A DNA stretch of 58,760 nt, filler included, from Circinaria calcarea (lineage: Eukaryota): assembly GCA_051942165.1 (NCBI GenBank). It is 9 parts of 9 records of this genome, joined end to end, with 100 filler letters (N's around TTAATTAATTAA, not from the genome) between each part and the next. Parts side by side here need not be neighbours in the genome. Positions count along the whole stretch, not along the records: positions 6,553 to 13,002 come from JAVECS010001584.1; positions 13,103 to 19,549 come from JAVECS010001585.1; positions 19,650 to 26,093 come from JAVECS010001586.1; 6 more parts are not named here. One strand, 5' to 3'. Positions within the stretch are counted from its first letter, which is position 1. Every line of letters begins with the position of its first letter. Of the stretch, positions 9,801-20,359 are shown one piece after another. The notes beneath the pieces were generated by a model. The model had not been told where the DNA came from. It saw only the letters and a program-made list of their open reading frames with translations, and did no database searches. Made by a program: the position numbers and the translations under genes.

Positions 9801-12419
9801 GACCACAAACCACCCCGTCGGGATAATACTGCGTTGGATAGCTCGAGCCACACTTCGAAATCAACCAATGGCACAGACATTACTCTCTCAGAGCCTGAGA
9901 TCGACTACCTTATTAGCGAGGCGGATAATTTCCCGAGTGATGAAGAGAACCTTCCAGACTGTGAGTCAGAACAGCGGCTTTTAAATCCAAAAGCGTATTT
10001 TCAGAAGCTCGAAAATTTGGAACACAAAATCTATGAAAACTCTGCTGTACGCTTCTACAAACCAGACTATGAAGACATAAGACGATACCGAGATCCTTTC
10101 GAGCTTCGTATCCCGTTCAGAGAGAGTGCATGGTCTGATTCAGGTATTAGGGATGATACAGTGCTGAAGATATGTAACCAAACGGGATTCAACGGATTAT
10201 TTCAATTACTTGAATGCCGCAATCTCATATTCCGAGTGAGTGACAATTTACGCACTTTACAAGAAGCCCGTTTTTGCAACGCATACTACTTTAGTATTCT
10301 TGTCGAAGACACGCACCGAAGGAATGTAGCGAGACTAGTACCTGTTAATATAGCTAGTGTTCACGAGCTTTGTGTGACGTTTGAGTCCAGTCTCGAGAGT
10401 GCTGTTAAGTCTGTCAACCTTTCTGGTTTAGACTGTTATCAGGGAAGAGAAGACTCGTTTTCCAAGAATACCGAAGGACTGACTCGATGTTGCGTCGATA
10501 TGCTCGTTTCCGTGGATCTGGCAAATACAGCGGACGCTAATCCAACGTCTCTCTGGCGTCGAGCTGTTCACATACTAGACTTTGCAGTTTTGGCATATGC
10601 CGGCGCACACATCGAACCCATCGACGTATCCCATTTGGGAGTCCGATTAGAGTGTTTTGCTATTCAGGGTCCATTTGCTGATAGTGCGGGAAGCCCGGAA
10701 ACCGCCCATAATATAGCTCTAGAGTGTGTTATGGTGCGGCGTAGAAAGCTGCAGTGCCTTGATCAGTTCTTAGGGGGGAAGGAGGTTTGGGTATTTCACA
10801 GGGATTCTGCAAATATTGTCTATGAAAACATGTTACTTTCCACTGATGCCGAGATCTTGGCGGATATATGGGGCCCCATGTGGAGATCGACTCGGGCCTC
10901 CGACCCAGAGCACATATATGAGTACAACATTGGCAATGGATCAATCATGCTATGGCCTCGCAATGAGGCTATCGACCCGCTACCTATGCGTACACCGTCA
11001 AACTCCCAAGAAGTCTTTTGCCACTGGGTTTCATCCCGGGATTGGAATTCTGATGCCCTCAAGTCTCATCAAGCGGGTCTTACAAAACGACACTTTGATG
11101 GGTCCGAAACTTTGCTCATTGGGGCGGACGGGAACATCGGCCTTCGTGTGAATGACCAATGTATCCCTTCTGTCGCCCGTCTTGCACAGTTGAAGAAAAG
11201 GTTTAGGGAAATTGGGGCACTACAAAGCCCCCGTACTCACAAGTCCACGCGTTACAAGGACTCACATGCTGTGCAAGTACAAGGAAGCGCTATGGGCTTT
11301 GTCTCCGTATCTGGGACCGTCACCTACAAGAGACGGGAAGGTCATACCATGAAAGATGCGTTGGTGGAGTGTTGGAGGAACGGAACTCGAAATATCGTCG
11401 AGCTCGAGGCATTCAGTGGAGTAGAAGTCTCGCTTTGTACGCGAAATGCAAGGCGACGACGACTCTTACATCTCTTGGGTTCGCAGAGTATGAGAAAATA
11501 CTTGAAGAGTATTTCGTTTGAGTGGATAGACGATGCCTGCGAGATGGGCTATTTCAAGGGACTACGTAGCCCAAGGGCATTTCGTACCTTCTGGAAGCAG
11601 CACGGCGATTGGCGGCGAAATATCGGCGATGCTGTTTCAGAATGCTTAGAGGCGTTACAAGACACCGGCATCCACCAGGAGAATAAAGAGCTCTCTGCCT
11701 TGTGGGTTGAGACATTTGACGAGGAGGGTGAATCTGACGGTGAATCCACATCTGAACTAGACCAAGCAGGGGCCCTTGCCATGACAACACAGGGTGACTC
11801 TAGTTTTGAGGCAGCAGAGGAATGGATAGTCACACTCTTCCGCTCGGAGCACACTTGGACCGGCTTCTTGAAAGACTCCCCTGAATGTCTCACAATGGCT
11901 GTCATGGACAGCGCATGTCTCGACCTGGATGGGATCGCAGGACAAGTTGCAGGTTACGGGAGACGATGTCAGTCCCATCGCGTACGGCACAGAGACGGCA
12001 GCATCGACAGATGGGCAGCCGGTTACCCGGTACTTCAGACCGCTATCGAGCTCAACGAAGAGATTTTGAAAGACGAAGGATTGTATTGTGAGAAGTCCAA
12101 AGACAAAGGCCACAAGCGATACCTAGACATTAGCAGCCTCAAGAAAGACTATCGCTTCGTGCTCGGTGATCAAGGGTACCTGAGAGTTTATACCAGACCT
12201 TCCCCCGATGCTCCGTTGATAATGGAATGGGAGCCGGTGGACAGCGAAACCTGGGAGGAGCTGAAGAACGTGAACATGAAGGAGATCATGCTGGGCACGA
12301 AGGCGATGAAGCATCACCGGGAGTATATCAGGGGTACGTGGGAATGCAGTCCGCTCTCCATTCTCCTCGTCTCAAATTCGAACAAGCCATTGTTTTGCAA
12401 GAGAGGGTTGAGTCTTTGA
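6870..12419 (+). CDS. Intronless 1849-aa multidomain protein with N-terminal C2H2 zinc-finger cluster and uncharacterised middle and C-terminal domains
   Basis: Single long ORF; FECPLCF..DWLKHVYEDLMPFTCTFPDC..WVRHENERH..WWTC..C..FIQHLVREH..CKFCG..HHATH fingers at ~7758-8300. Confidence 0.88.
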   Translation: MDTTPSEAGARRVQDSGDRPSKRIKNVDSPFMTESPAPAKRLRIADDIVQMFKDQDEFIRAEERKEQDEFIRAEERKAEVLEWLLKNEAPIEAPHMAPVSESRLSTGGVTEPTLVESWTEQGGPPLPILTPGEGDNGIYFRPTKEEGEVNAIYDEPSRDPVLNDLTPGDDFIIPNIEGFKTHIQCLNPGLAPFLVERMARHQDSRYKKLLNAKIMHIKDTKSGQCESKGFCFALGGSVETPIQRKIEDSTSKLTTADFMTSTYHNSDGGDAREGVITPAQFPPGLPLPPVHRLPAAFECPLCFRVKEICKPSDWLKHVYEDLMPFTCTFPDCSESKAYKRKADWVRHENERHRQLEWWTCNIAIPDIAIPGDNTGRKCGHKCFRRDNFIQHLVREHKLPESRAIRPLSSLARLHTANKESNIQAEEESTIFVDEITKLLATCRERTSNKPQNEPCKFCGNVCHSWKQLAVHHATHMQQISTPILKLVRQKDVTVEDLEIFEESRQYTSLLLPTEAEPNQDIRNPASFYPLWSSFVQPDPLAPLAASDYPTPDIKPNVAFGFSAESLSFDPRLSKDFSYHDRTQISRTVQASAWRDNLQHSNLDMDVMSVASVGTFNDSGFYSGNHSSTGSTSSLQGIPRAAQQEVLLILASDGVLQQLFAEAIRKVSRQRFIRNIKRLIKTYCLDLQEEAQDSREVDATAMLGRHAQWFANRLFDASDPEMTSRQKGMDSLKSQEVDKLYMIENHYERAFPRPVTPITYFDDHNYDTESDDSTGSRSTFNEDAEQGVINYSQFPNLEHIRKFLMTGIPFQNLRYNVCQFVWPEKNEKRTQEPASFTRPEKSGKYAQELTSNAAIAKFCRMADDISSCSKEATEGGSRRSSCSNTKLPVKGLRDSLEDKLDSGIIISNTRPPGLMETEEEMDFVQLIDKVKTIEPILQNIPKHSTTIKSNFAESLVLDEELDQAAIYSQSDLLQATTPDHKPPRRDNTALDSSSHTSKSTNGTDITLSEPEIDYLISEADNFPSDEENLPDCESEQRLLNPKAYFQKLENLEHKIYENSAVRFYKPDYEDIRRYRDPFELRIPFRESAWSDSGIRDDTVLKICNQTGFNGLFQLLECRNLIFRVSDNLRTLQEARFCNAYYFSILVEDTHRRNVARLVPVNIASVHELCVTFESSLESAVKSVNLSGLDCYQGREDSFSKNTEGLTRCCVDMLVSVDLANTADANPTSLWRRAVHILDFAVLAYAGAHIEPIDVSHLGVRLECFAIQGPFADSAGSPETAHNIALECVMVRRRKLQCLDQFLGGKEVWVFHRDSANIVYENMLLSTDAEILADIWGPMWRSTRASDPEHIYEYNIGNGSIMLWPRNEAIDPLPMRTPSNSQEVFCHWVSSRDWNSDALKSHQAGLTKRHFDGSETLLIGADGNIGLRVNDQCIPSVARLAQLKKRFREIGALQSPRTHKSTRYKDSHAVQVQGSAMGFVSVSGTVTYKRREGHTMKDALVECWRNGTRNIVELEAFSGVEVSLCTRNARRRRLLHLLGSQSMRKYLKSISFEWIDDACEMGYFKGLRSPRAFRTFWKQHGDWRRNIGDAVSECLEALQDTGIHQENKELSALWVETFDEEGESDGESTSELDQAGALAMTTQGDSSFEAAEEWIVTLFRSEHTWTGFLKDSPECLTMAVMDSACLDLDGIAGQVAGYGRRCQSHRVRHRDGSIDRWAAGYPVLQTAIELNEEILKDEGLYCEKSKDKGHKRYLDISSLKKDYRFVLGDQGYLRVYTRPSPDAPLIMEWEPVDSETWEELKNVNMKEIMLGTKAMKHHREYIRGTWECSPLSILLVSNSNKPLFCKRGLSL
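7032..7101 (+). repeat. 36-bp in-frame tandem duplication (QDEFIRAEERK x2)
   Basis: CAAGACGAGTTCATCAGGGCGGAAGAAAGGAAGG at 7032 and 7068. Confidence 0.95.
7951..7980 (+). repeat. 15-bp in-frame tandem duplication inside a zinc-finger knuckle
   Basis: ATATCGCCATTCCTG x2. Confidence 0.95.
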
Positions 12420-13002
12420 AGATACGATCGCGGAAGCCAAAACCAATTCAACCAAACGATTCGACGGATATCAAGGCATATTGATACCACAAACATGAGC
12501 CTGTCATGAAGTCATTCACTTTATCGAGAAGAGCCCCCGACCAGGGGTTGAATAAGTACACGGAAGTAGCAAGCAGCGACAACGCTACTCCTTCACACTT
12601 CCTCGGAAATCATCAAAACACTCCCTACGAGACCTCTCAGGATTCAGCCACTCCCCGCCTATTCGCGGCACGGTATCATGAACGAGCTTTGAATAAGTTT
12701 AAGCCAATGCTCGGGCTAGTCGAGAGCACACACTAATGTCGGCTGGGGGAGCCACCTGTAAACACTCCCATGGATGTCAACCAGATTCTCTCCTCGCCTC
12801 AATCTCCAGGAATCCAGCAAACAGATCCCCTTCGCCTCTAAGAAAAGGAAAACTCTTAATCCACCACCACCAACCTCACCTCGCCTCTACGCTACTCACA
12901 CATCCCAAACCCCCTTCCTATTGCACACTGTTTCACTTCCCGCTTCCTCACTCTCCTAACTCGTCCCCTCTATTCCCTTCCCCTTCCCTTCCTCCTCCTC
13001 CC

Positions 13003-13102
13003 NNNNNNNNNNNNNNNNNNNNNNNNNNNNNNNNNNNNNNNNNNNNTTAATTAATTAANNNNNNNNNNNNNNNNNNNNNNNNNNNNNNNNNNNNNNNNNN
13101 NN
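13003..13102. other. Artificial contig-joining spacer
   Basis: 44 N + TTAATTAATTAA + 44 N. Confidence 0.98.
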
Positions 13103-14510
13103 AATGATTGCAGGAGGCTGCGCTCACCCTTCCACATCGCAAACCAGCCCAAAGGTGAGGCAAATTCGACGGTGTACGGGGCGAATATTTTATTAGTCAT
13201 TTCCAAAACTTCATCCGGGGTGATTCCATGATTATAAATTCGAGTCTCCCCAACTGCTGAAGCGTTTGCTCGTGCTCGTTGACTCTGAATGAGTTTCGCC
13301 TTCTCCCCACTGATTTGTGTGTAGATGCTATCATTTAGGTCGGAAATCAGGGTCAAGGGCGTCATCACGTGGAAGAGAGGCCAATAAAACTCACCGCGTA
13401 TAACCATCTTCACGAGGAACAATAATGCAGCCACCATGAGTATCATGAATGTATACACTGTCCCAGTAAACTCAGATGAACTCAACAAGTTTGAGTAATT
13501 GGCTTACCCAAAGGTCGTGATGTAAGGGTAATCGGTCTTGAAAACGCAGTCCATGATCGCCCAATATATGTCTGTTGTAATTCCATCGAAGGGTATCTTG
13601 AGTTGCTCGCGAATAGCACTAGCAGCTCCATCCCCGCCCACCAGATATTTGGCATGGACGAGCTCGGTCCGTCCGGTATTGAGGTTCTTCAAAGTCGCTG
13701 TTACGGGATAGGACGTGAATGAGTCCTGATTTACTTCAAACTTTTCCACGGTTGTACGGCGCTCGACAACGGCTTTATGTCGTAAAAGGTCTCGGATGTA
13801 GATTCTCTCAAGCTGACCTTGTGTGATGACATGTATTCCACGGTATCTTGAATCACAGGTAAAGCTTCTGTTGTAGAAGAGCTTCATGCCATTTTTGAAT
13901 ATGGCGGTGTGATCTAAGATTGGCCCTTCTTCATGAACCTCTTCAGCCAGCCCCCAGGAATGAAGGAGCTCCAAAGAGCGAGGTTGAATTGCATCCGCTC
14001 TCCCAGAAAGTAGAGGGGTCTCTGCTTTGTCTGTTGTTTGTTAGTTATTTACGTGTACATTCCAGAAACCCCGATGCTCTTGCGATATAGCTATTATGAT
14101 AAGCTTACCGACAATACGAAAGCTAACTCCCTGTCTAGCGAGGCTAACAGCTAGTTCCAGACCAAATGGTCCACCTATCCGGCCCATATCAGTAAGTCAA
14201 AACGAACGAAAAGTAGGGACGAGATCTTACCACCGCATATGAGGACGTCAACTTCCTTCTGTGGGTCCCACCAGGGAGGAGCCCCATGCGGGGACTCGGT
14301 GCCATTGTATAGTGTCGGCCATGTTCTCAATACGTTCAATCCCAGAGAATTATGGCTGGACGAAGTCAAGGGTTCCTGGGCCGGAGGCGTAGTATAATGA
14401 GGACCATCTCCGGTATCGGTCAAATGATGCGCGTCGTCAGCCCATACTGCTACCTTTGCTGGCTGGGCGAACCCATTTTTCCAAATATATGGAGGCAGTG
14501 TTGTAGCCAT
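13103..14510 (-). CDS. FAD-dependent aromatic monooxygenase (phenol hydroxylase/FAD_binding_3 family), multi-exon, 3'-truncated
   Basis: Spliced exons (14510-14231, 14174-14109, 14030-~13508, two more downstream) give DVLICGGGPFGLELAVSLARQGVSFRIVDKA..GRADAIQPRSLELL, the DG motif KYLVGGDGAASAIRE, and IIVPREDGYTRIY. Confidence 0.88.
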
Positions 14511-15276
14511 CGAAGTAGATGCCGGACTGAAACTGCTGTTTAATCCTAGTATTCCTGGGATAATCACAGTGTGTGTTCAGCTCGGTCATGGATTGCTTGA
14601 TATAGGAGTGTGATGTGTAAAATAATTCGAGGAGACTATTAGAATAGGTATATACAACATACTCCGGTCTGAGGCAAAGGCGAATAAAGCTTAATTGGTT
14701 TAAATGGAGGAAAACACTTGCAGGTAAGCCTACCACTAGCACAAAACACTTACGACTACCAATATAATTCAATAGAGGATTCTCACTTTATACCAAGTAC
14801 TGAAGTTATCACAGCAAAATCCATAGACCGTGCTGTATTCCATAGGACTCGACATTCCATCATCAGGCCTAACTTATTTTTTTGGGGGGGAGATTAGGTG
14901 TTCTAGGGCATTATCCAAGGCGGGTCCGAACTTGAATTACCGCAGCCGCAAAGCGTGTAAAAGAATAACCGCCTAATTTGCTCGGTTATCGTAATTTTCG
15001 GCTAATAATGGCCCTAATTTTGTGGTAGCGACTCAAGGCCAGCGGGATATTGCCCTGTAATTAGGCATGGACTACGGCAATCAAGTAAATAGGCTCGACG
15101 GTTCAATTTACAATCCCACTTCGAACATTGGTATAGAGACTAAGGACTAGATAGAGTATGCTATAAATAGGAAATAGATATAAAACTTCTATACTAGATA
15201 CGAGCCGCTCCGATCGGAGCACGATTCATCATGTATCGGAGAGTATTTTTACTCTAGTTATTGTTTTTTGTCCACC

Positions 15277-16335
15277 CTAGCATGGCCTGAAAACATCGAA
15301 TGCGTCCACAGGACCTGCACCCTCCGCGATTGATCCACCAGGAATATATATTCCACCGCCAGCAGACGCTGCTGATGTCCCATGCCTGGGTAGCGCCATT
15401 GGCGCCAATTTTGTCCAAGTATCCGTCACTGTGACATACGCTTCTGTTTGATTAAAGACGCCGTTGGATCCTGGAGTGGGATTTCCTTCGCCTCCAAAAG
15501 TGTACACCACGCTGCCGACCACTCCTGCGGAAAGACCACCGCGGGCGGTCGGCATGTCAGCCTTCTGTGTCCATCCTGCTTCTGACGAGCGGATGTCGAG
15601 CACGTAGGTCGTGTTGCGCACGTTAATCTGCCCGTGGTTTCGTCCACCAAGTACATACATCCTATGTCCGACAAGGGCAGCTCCGGCGTGATCGCGAGGA
15701 GCCGGAAGACTTGGCAGCGTCTTCCACACGCCACTCTTAGTATCATATGACGTGACCGTGTCCACAGTGTCATGTAAACCGCCTGGGGAGCCGTCCAAGG
15801 AGCGCATGCCAGCCGTAAGGTAGACTCTCGTCCCGCGCACTCCTACTGCAGAACTGCCCCGGGCTTGTTCTTTGGGCATCGGCGGCAGCGTTTCCCAGTG
15901 GTCTGTTTTCGGGTCGTAAACATAACAATCCGGGAAGGCTGTCCAAACCTCGCCTCCAGCTAAGCCTCCAAGGACGTATATTTTACCATCTACCACAGCA
16001 GCGTTGGCATGATTCATCGCAATTGGTAGTGGCGCCACTGTGCCCCAGCTATCCTGGGAAATAGAGTACACTTCGACTTTGTCTATAGTTTGAGTGATAG
16101 TTTCGTTTGTGGCAGATTGTTCCAAGAATATGCCTCCCATGATATAGATCTTGTCGCCCAGCGTAACGGTACTATGCTCTTGACGTATACCGCCAGCGAT
16201 GGGAGCAAGATTGGTCCAACGGCCGGGTCTGCCAATGCATCGAGTGGTATCGCTGGGAGTTGACTGATGGGGAAGAGGCGTTGACACGGTAACGGTAAGG
16301 GTAATACCCACGAGTAGCGCGATTCCTGCCCTCAT
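15277..16335 (-). CDS. Secreted kelch-repeat beta-propeller protein (352 aa, intronless)
   Basis: Hydrophobic N-terminus MRAGIALLVGITLTVTV; about six kelch repeats (KIYIMGG, KIYVLGG, RMYVLGG, VYTFGGEG, IYIPGG) with Y..W motifs. Confidence 0.9.
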   Translation of the reverse strand: MRAGIALLVGITLTVTVSTPLPHQSTPSDTTRCIGRPGRWTNLAPIAGGIRQEHSTVTLGDKIYIMGGIFLEQSATNETITQTIDKVEVYSISQDSWGTVAPLPIAMNHANAAVVDGKIYVLGGLAGGEVWTAFPDCYVYDPKTDHWETLPPMPKEQARGSSAVGVRGTRVYLTAGMRSLDGSPGGLHDTVDTVTSYDTKSGVWKTLPSLPAPRDHAGAALVGHRMYVLGGRNHGQINVRNTTYVLDIRSSEAGWTQKADMPTARGGLSAGVVGSVVYTFGGEGNPTPGSNGVFNQTEAYVTVTDTWTKLAPMALPRHGTSAASAGGGIYIPGGSIAEGAGPVDAFDVFRPC

Positions 16336-17201
16336 GTTGTATTGCAGCAGGCCTTGTTGCAAAGCTAGCAACACAAACGAACTTAGAGAACAAGACGATT
16401 AAGCGGGGGAAGATTTAAAAAGGATAATTCTTAACCAAGTGACATCTTCGAGACTGGGTAAACATCAACTATTAATATGAATTAGCCGAAGCAAAAATAG
16501 GAGATGATCTAAATCGACCTTCAAGCAAAATAAGTACCGCTTAGGATAATGCTTGTGAGCGATACAGGGGTATATTTGAGTTGAAATGCGGTTCTAAGAG
16601 TAATAATGGCTGCTACGGGACCTAATAGGATACAGCCCCACTTCCTAATATTAAACTATGTAAGACTTGCACGGGCGAGCATGTGCATGTAGATGGGGGT
16701 TTGTCAATCTTAGGATACTCGGTGCTCTTACCCTGCATCCGGTTCGTGCGCCTTGCCGAGAAAATGGAGAGCATCGTCAAGACCAGAGTATGCAGATGGA
16801 GAAACCTGACTTCCAACCAGAGTCTGGCAACTTTCCTCATCTTAAGGAGAAGAGATGGCAAAAATCTGGCATGATCAACGTGGAGGCAGCTCCAGACGAT
16901 AACCCGGGTATAGTCATTGCTGCACTGGGGTCGATTCCCTCACGGCCATCCACCTCTGCAAAATCGTATACTAGAAGATACGATCATTACTCCACCTAGC
17001 ATGGAGTTGGGGCTACCACCACTTTGATAGAATGCAACCCTATTGTTCGCGCTCGAGCTCGCTACTCTTCAATGGGCATGCCATGGCGGTGTCATCGAGT
17101 TATATTAAATGCTTAGTCGCTCCTGTTCCTTACGCAACCTCAACGTTACTCGCCTTTCACAACATCAAGAAAGCTTTCACCTATCATCCCAACTGCTCAA
17201 A

Positions 17202-17899
17202 ATGCTCTCTTCTGCTCTCTTCCAAACTGCGATTGTCCTCTTCGCCTCTCTCTCAATCGCAGCCCCAGCTCCGTCTTCCCCGGCTCCGTCTTCCCCACTC
17301 TCCGCATTCCAAGGGCCCACAACTCTCAATATTACCTCTCTCGGTGCCCGTAACGGCCGGTCTACCATAGAGTGCTGGCAGCTCGCCAACCCATTCAAGA
17401 CTACCGACCAAGTGGGAGTACCTGGCACCTCCCAGCTGCTTCTTGGGAACATTACGGATATGAGTTACACCGTGATCCCGCCCAGATATTTCCCACCCCA
17501 ACATTCCGCGCCAATAATTCAGTACGTGAGCTTTTCTCAAGTTCTCCTCTCCCTCGTCTTCCAAAACCCTGAAAAGTCCATTCTCCTCAACGGACTATAA
17601 TGATCTAAGAGAAACCCAACCTAATACCTATCCTTTCCCAATCTAGGTACGGTCTCTTCCTCTCCGGCCTCGCTCATATCACACTTCCCTACGGGAAAAA
17701 CGAAGCTTATGTTGTCGGAGGTACCACAAATGCGTTGCTCATTAACACGGATGTGGCAGCCGTCAGCAGAGAGGGGCATACCACCGTTTATCCCAGCGAT
17801 GAGGAAACATTATTACTGCAGTTCCCCATCAATGATGGAGCCATTCCGCCACATATAGTGCTGCACGACGGCGCTTGCACGGTTGAGGAGCTCTTATAG
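17202..17899 (+). CDS. Small secreted protein, probable cupin-like fold; exons 17202-17521, 17647-17899
   Basis: Signal peptide; LNITSLGARNGRSTIECWQL, HSAPIIQYGLFLSGLAHITLP, EGHTTVYPS, IPPHIVLHDGAC match a recalled fungal small secreted family; 125-nt GT-AG intron keeps frame; TATA-like sequence at ~17101. Confidence 0.85.
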
Positions 17900-18497
17900 A
17901 GGAAAGCGTGCACGCAGCCGGATGAGAGGGATAGCTTGACTTTTTTTCAAGTGTCCTGAACAACCTAAACGGCAGGGAGTAGCTTCAGGTAGATTAGATA
18001 TATTGGACGGTACAGCGCTGCAAGTAGTCCCAACATTCCAGTCCAGACTGCCAAGAATTATATAAATATAGTGTAGTGAGCTCCAAATGAACGGATATAC
18101 TGTATATTTGATGCCCGCTCTTGCCAATTATAATGCCTATAACACGTGTTGTATTTTGCCGCCCTGTCTTCCTCCGTTCTTCCCTAGTACCTTCATAGAT
18201 CCAATGTTATGGCGTCAGTGCCATACTATGGGAGGTTAGCTCCGGAACGGGGTAACGCTGGACCGGCTGCTCAGTATGCTCATGGAGGTGAGCAACGTGA
18301 GCAACTGTCAAGCTACGGTGTCACGATATGGCATCGATAAAGGAGTGGAAGAACGAGTCCTGCTACAACTGCGTGTATGATTATTGTGCTGTGTACGTTC
18401 GCTGCACACAGCGAGAGAATCTATCTATGTGTGTGTGGGCACTCGGAATATGGTAGTATAGGCCCGAGGAGCTAACCGCAAAGGTTTGACAGCAACA

Positions 18498-18811
18498 TGT
18501 TATATAGGCAGGCTATTCCCGTAGCATGCTTATAGACACAATAACTTGAACAATAATCGATAACCATTACGTTCCAGGTAATCGTGCACCATGGAGTAAC
18601 TCTATCCTTTATATAAGTCTAGCCTATCCTAGCACTCTTACATATAACGAGTCGGTGTAAGGGTGCTAGGATAGGCTAGATTTATATAAAGGATAAAATC
18701 ACTCCGTGATGCATGATTATCTAGAACGTGATATGCGTCTATTATTATTCTAGTCATATGTGTCTATAAGCATGCTGTTCTAAAGAGTGGGAATAGCCTG
18801 CCTATATAGTA
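18498..18811. repeat. ~310-bp foldback: two inverted ~145/156-bp LTR-like copies separated by 13 bp
   Basis: 18498-18642 is the reverse complement of 18656-18811. Both units begin TGTAAG; the left ends TATAACA. Mismatches in the inner arms are transitions. Confidence 0.9.
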
Positions 18812-19083
18812 GCTATGCTCCCGTGGCTCCCACTGATCCTGTAAGGGCTCTACCCGAGAACCCCTACGAACCCTACGGGTGAACTATACACCGAGGTCAC
18901 GAGGGTTGGCTTAGCGAGAAAGGTTTTATCGCGAAGCGTTACATCAGAATTCTTGAGCAATAATTCATACGCTATGCGAACCAATTGAGCACATTATCAC
19001 ACAATCTACCGACCCTTAATCGTAAGATCATTATACTATTCGTAAAGGATCCTTACATACTGGCGGCGCTGCACCTTTCACAC

Positions 19084-19510
19084 TCAAATCCTCTTCCAAC
19101 TCCACCCACACTGCACATATCGAACCGCAACCAGAAACCCGCATCCAACCGCCATGACGCTTCCGCAGAAAAGCTGCAGATACAAGTAACCGCCTCCATT
19201 TAGGGTGATGAGCGCCCCAGCGATGGGGTTGCCGGTTAGTACCGCGATGCTGATGATGCTGAAGCTCGTGCCCATGCGCATCCCAATCTCGTCGACCTCG
19301 GAGATTTCTTGAATGAGGGCCGGGCCCAAGGAGACGAAGGTACCGGAGGTGCAACCGAAGAGGGCCGAGAAGATGATTGTCGGAGTAGAGCTGCTTGTGG
19401 GGATCCAAAGGGCTAGGACGAGGAGGGTCGAGAGGAAGGTGGTAATGATCATCACGTTGAACCGACCAATGCGATCGCCGAGCCAACCTGGAACGACGCG
19501 GCCTACGACA
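19084..19510 (-). CDS. MFS monocarboxylate-transporter-like permease (Mch type), last exon only
   Basis: After CTGAC..CAG acceptor: VVGRVVPGWLGDRIGRFNVMII..LALWIP..FSALFGCTSGTFVSL..IGMRMG..LTGNPIAGAL; several TM helices. Confidence 0.88.
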
Positions 19511-19549
19511 CTGAATGGCAGTCTGTCAGTAAACCCCGTCGATGCAAAC

Positions 19550-19649
19550 NNNNNNNNNNNNNNNNNNNNNNNNNNNNNNNNNNNNNNNNNNNNTTAATTA
19601 ATTAANNNNNNNNNNNNNNNNNNNNNNNNNNNNNNNNNNNNNNNNNNNN
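19550..19649. other. Artificial contig-joining spacer
   Basis: 44 N + TTAATTAATTAA + 44 N. Confidence 0.98.
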
Positions 19650-20359
19650 GCCTTCTTGCAGGGAGGCGGGAGCATACGCCCGCCACGATCCCTAACAATA
19701 CTGCACCTCTGTAACCAAGCTGGTTTTTCTCGGTGAGCTGTGATACCACTGATACGATAGCTTGCTTGCCGTTCTCCGGGCTTTTGAAAATCTTACGTAG
19801 CGCCCTTCGGGTGACCACTAAGGCTGACCTTTTTATGCTGGCTCTTACGTTGAAGGACATACATAGCTCCGTCAACTGCGCATCCGCAGTCACCAGATCG
19901 CGTCCATGTAGTCTCCACAACTCCGTTTTCCCCGCGCAGTTTTGGATGGCGATGGAACACCATTCTGTCAGGACAAAGGCATTCGACGGTGCTATGCCAG
20001 TCTTGGAGGATTCAGAGTTCAAAAAGTGGGCGAAAGTGGCGAAACATTTTGTGGATGCCGACAAAAGAGCCTGTAGACACTCCTGAACAGCCCGACGGGA
20101 CGGACGGTCACGATAGGCAGGGAAGGTCTGGAAAAGTAATAGTAGGATGTGCTGCAGAATGTTCTCAGGAAAGCCTGGTTTGGGTCAGCTCAATTTTGAA
20201 AGTCAATAGCCCGCCTAGAGTTTTCAAACCAGGTTCTATTATTTTGGGAAGCAAAGCTGCAAGCTCTGCTCTCCGCCTCGATGTAGAGCTTGTGCTGAGG
20301 TTTAGGGACAGGTGCTCAGGGTAGTTATCTACTCCCCTATCGCCATTGACATACTCCAT
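19650..20359 (-). CDS. GCN1: Translational activator Gcn1, N-terminal fragment; exons 20359-20230, 20174-<19650
   Basis: LSTSSTSRRRAEL..LLFQTFPAYRDRPSRRAVQECL..IAPSNAFVLTEWCS..SALVVTRRALRKIF matches recalled fungal Gcn1 N-termini; 55-nt intron. Confidence 0.8.

Noticed and set aside
18840..18943. Short TGTAAG..GTTACA unit next to the foldback
   Set aside because: No TSD and no similarity to the arms beyond the first 8 nt.
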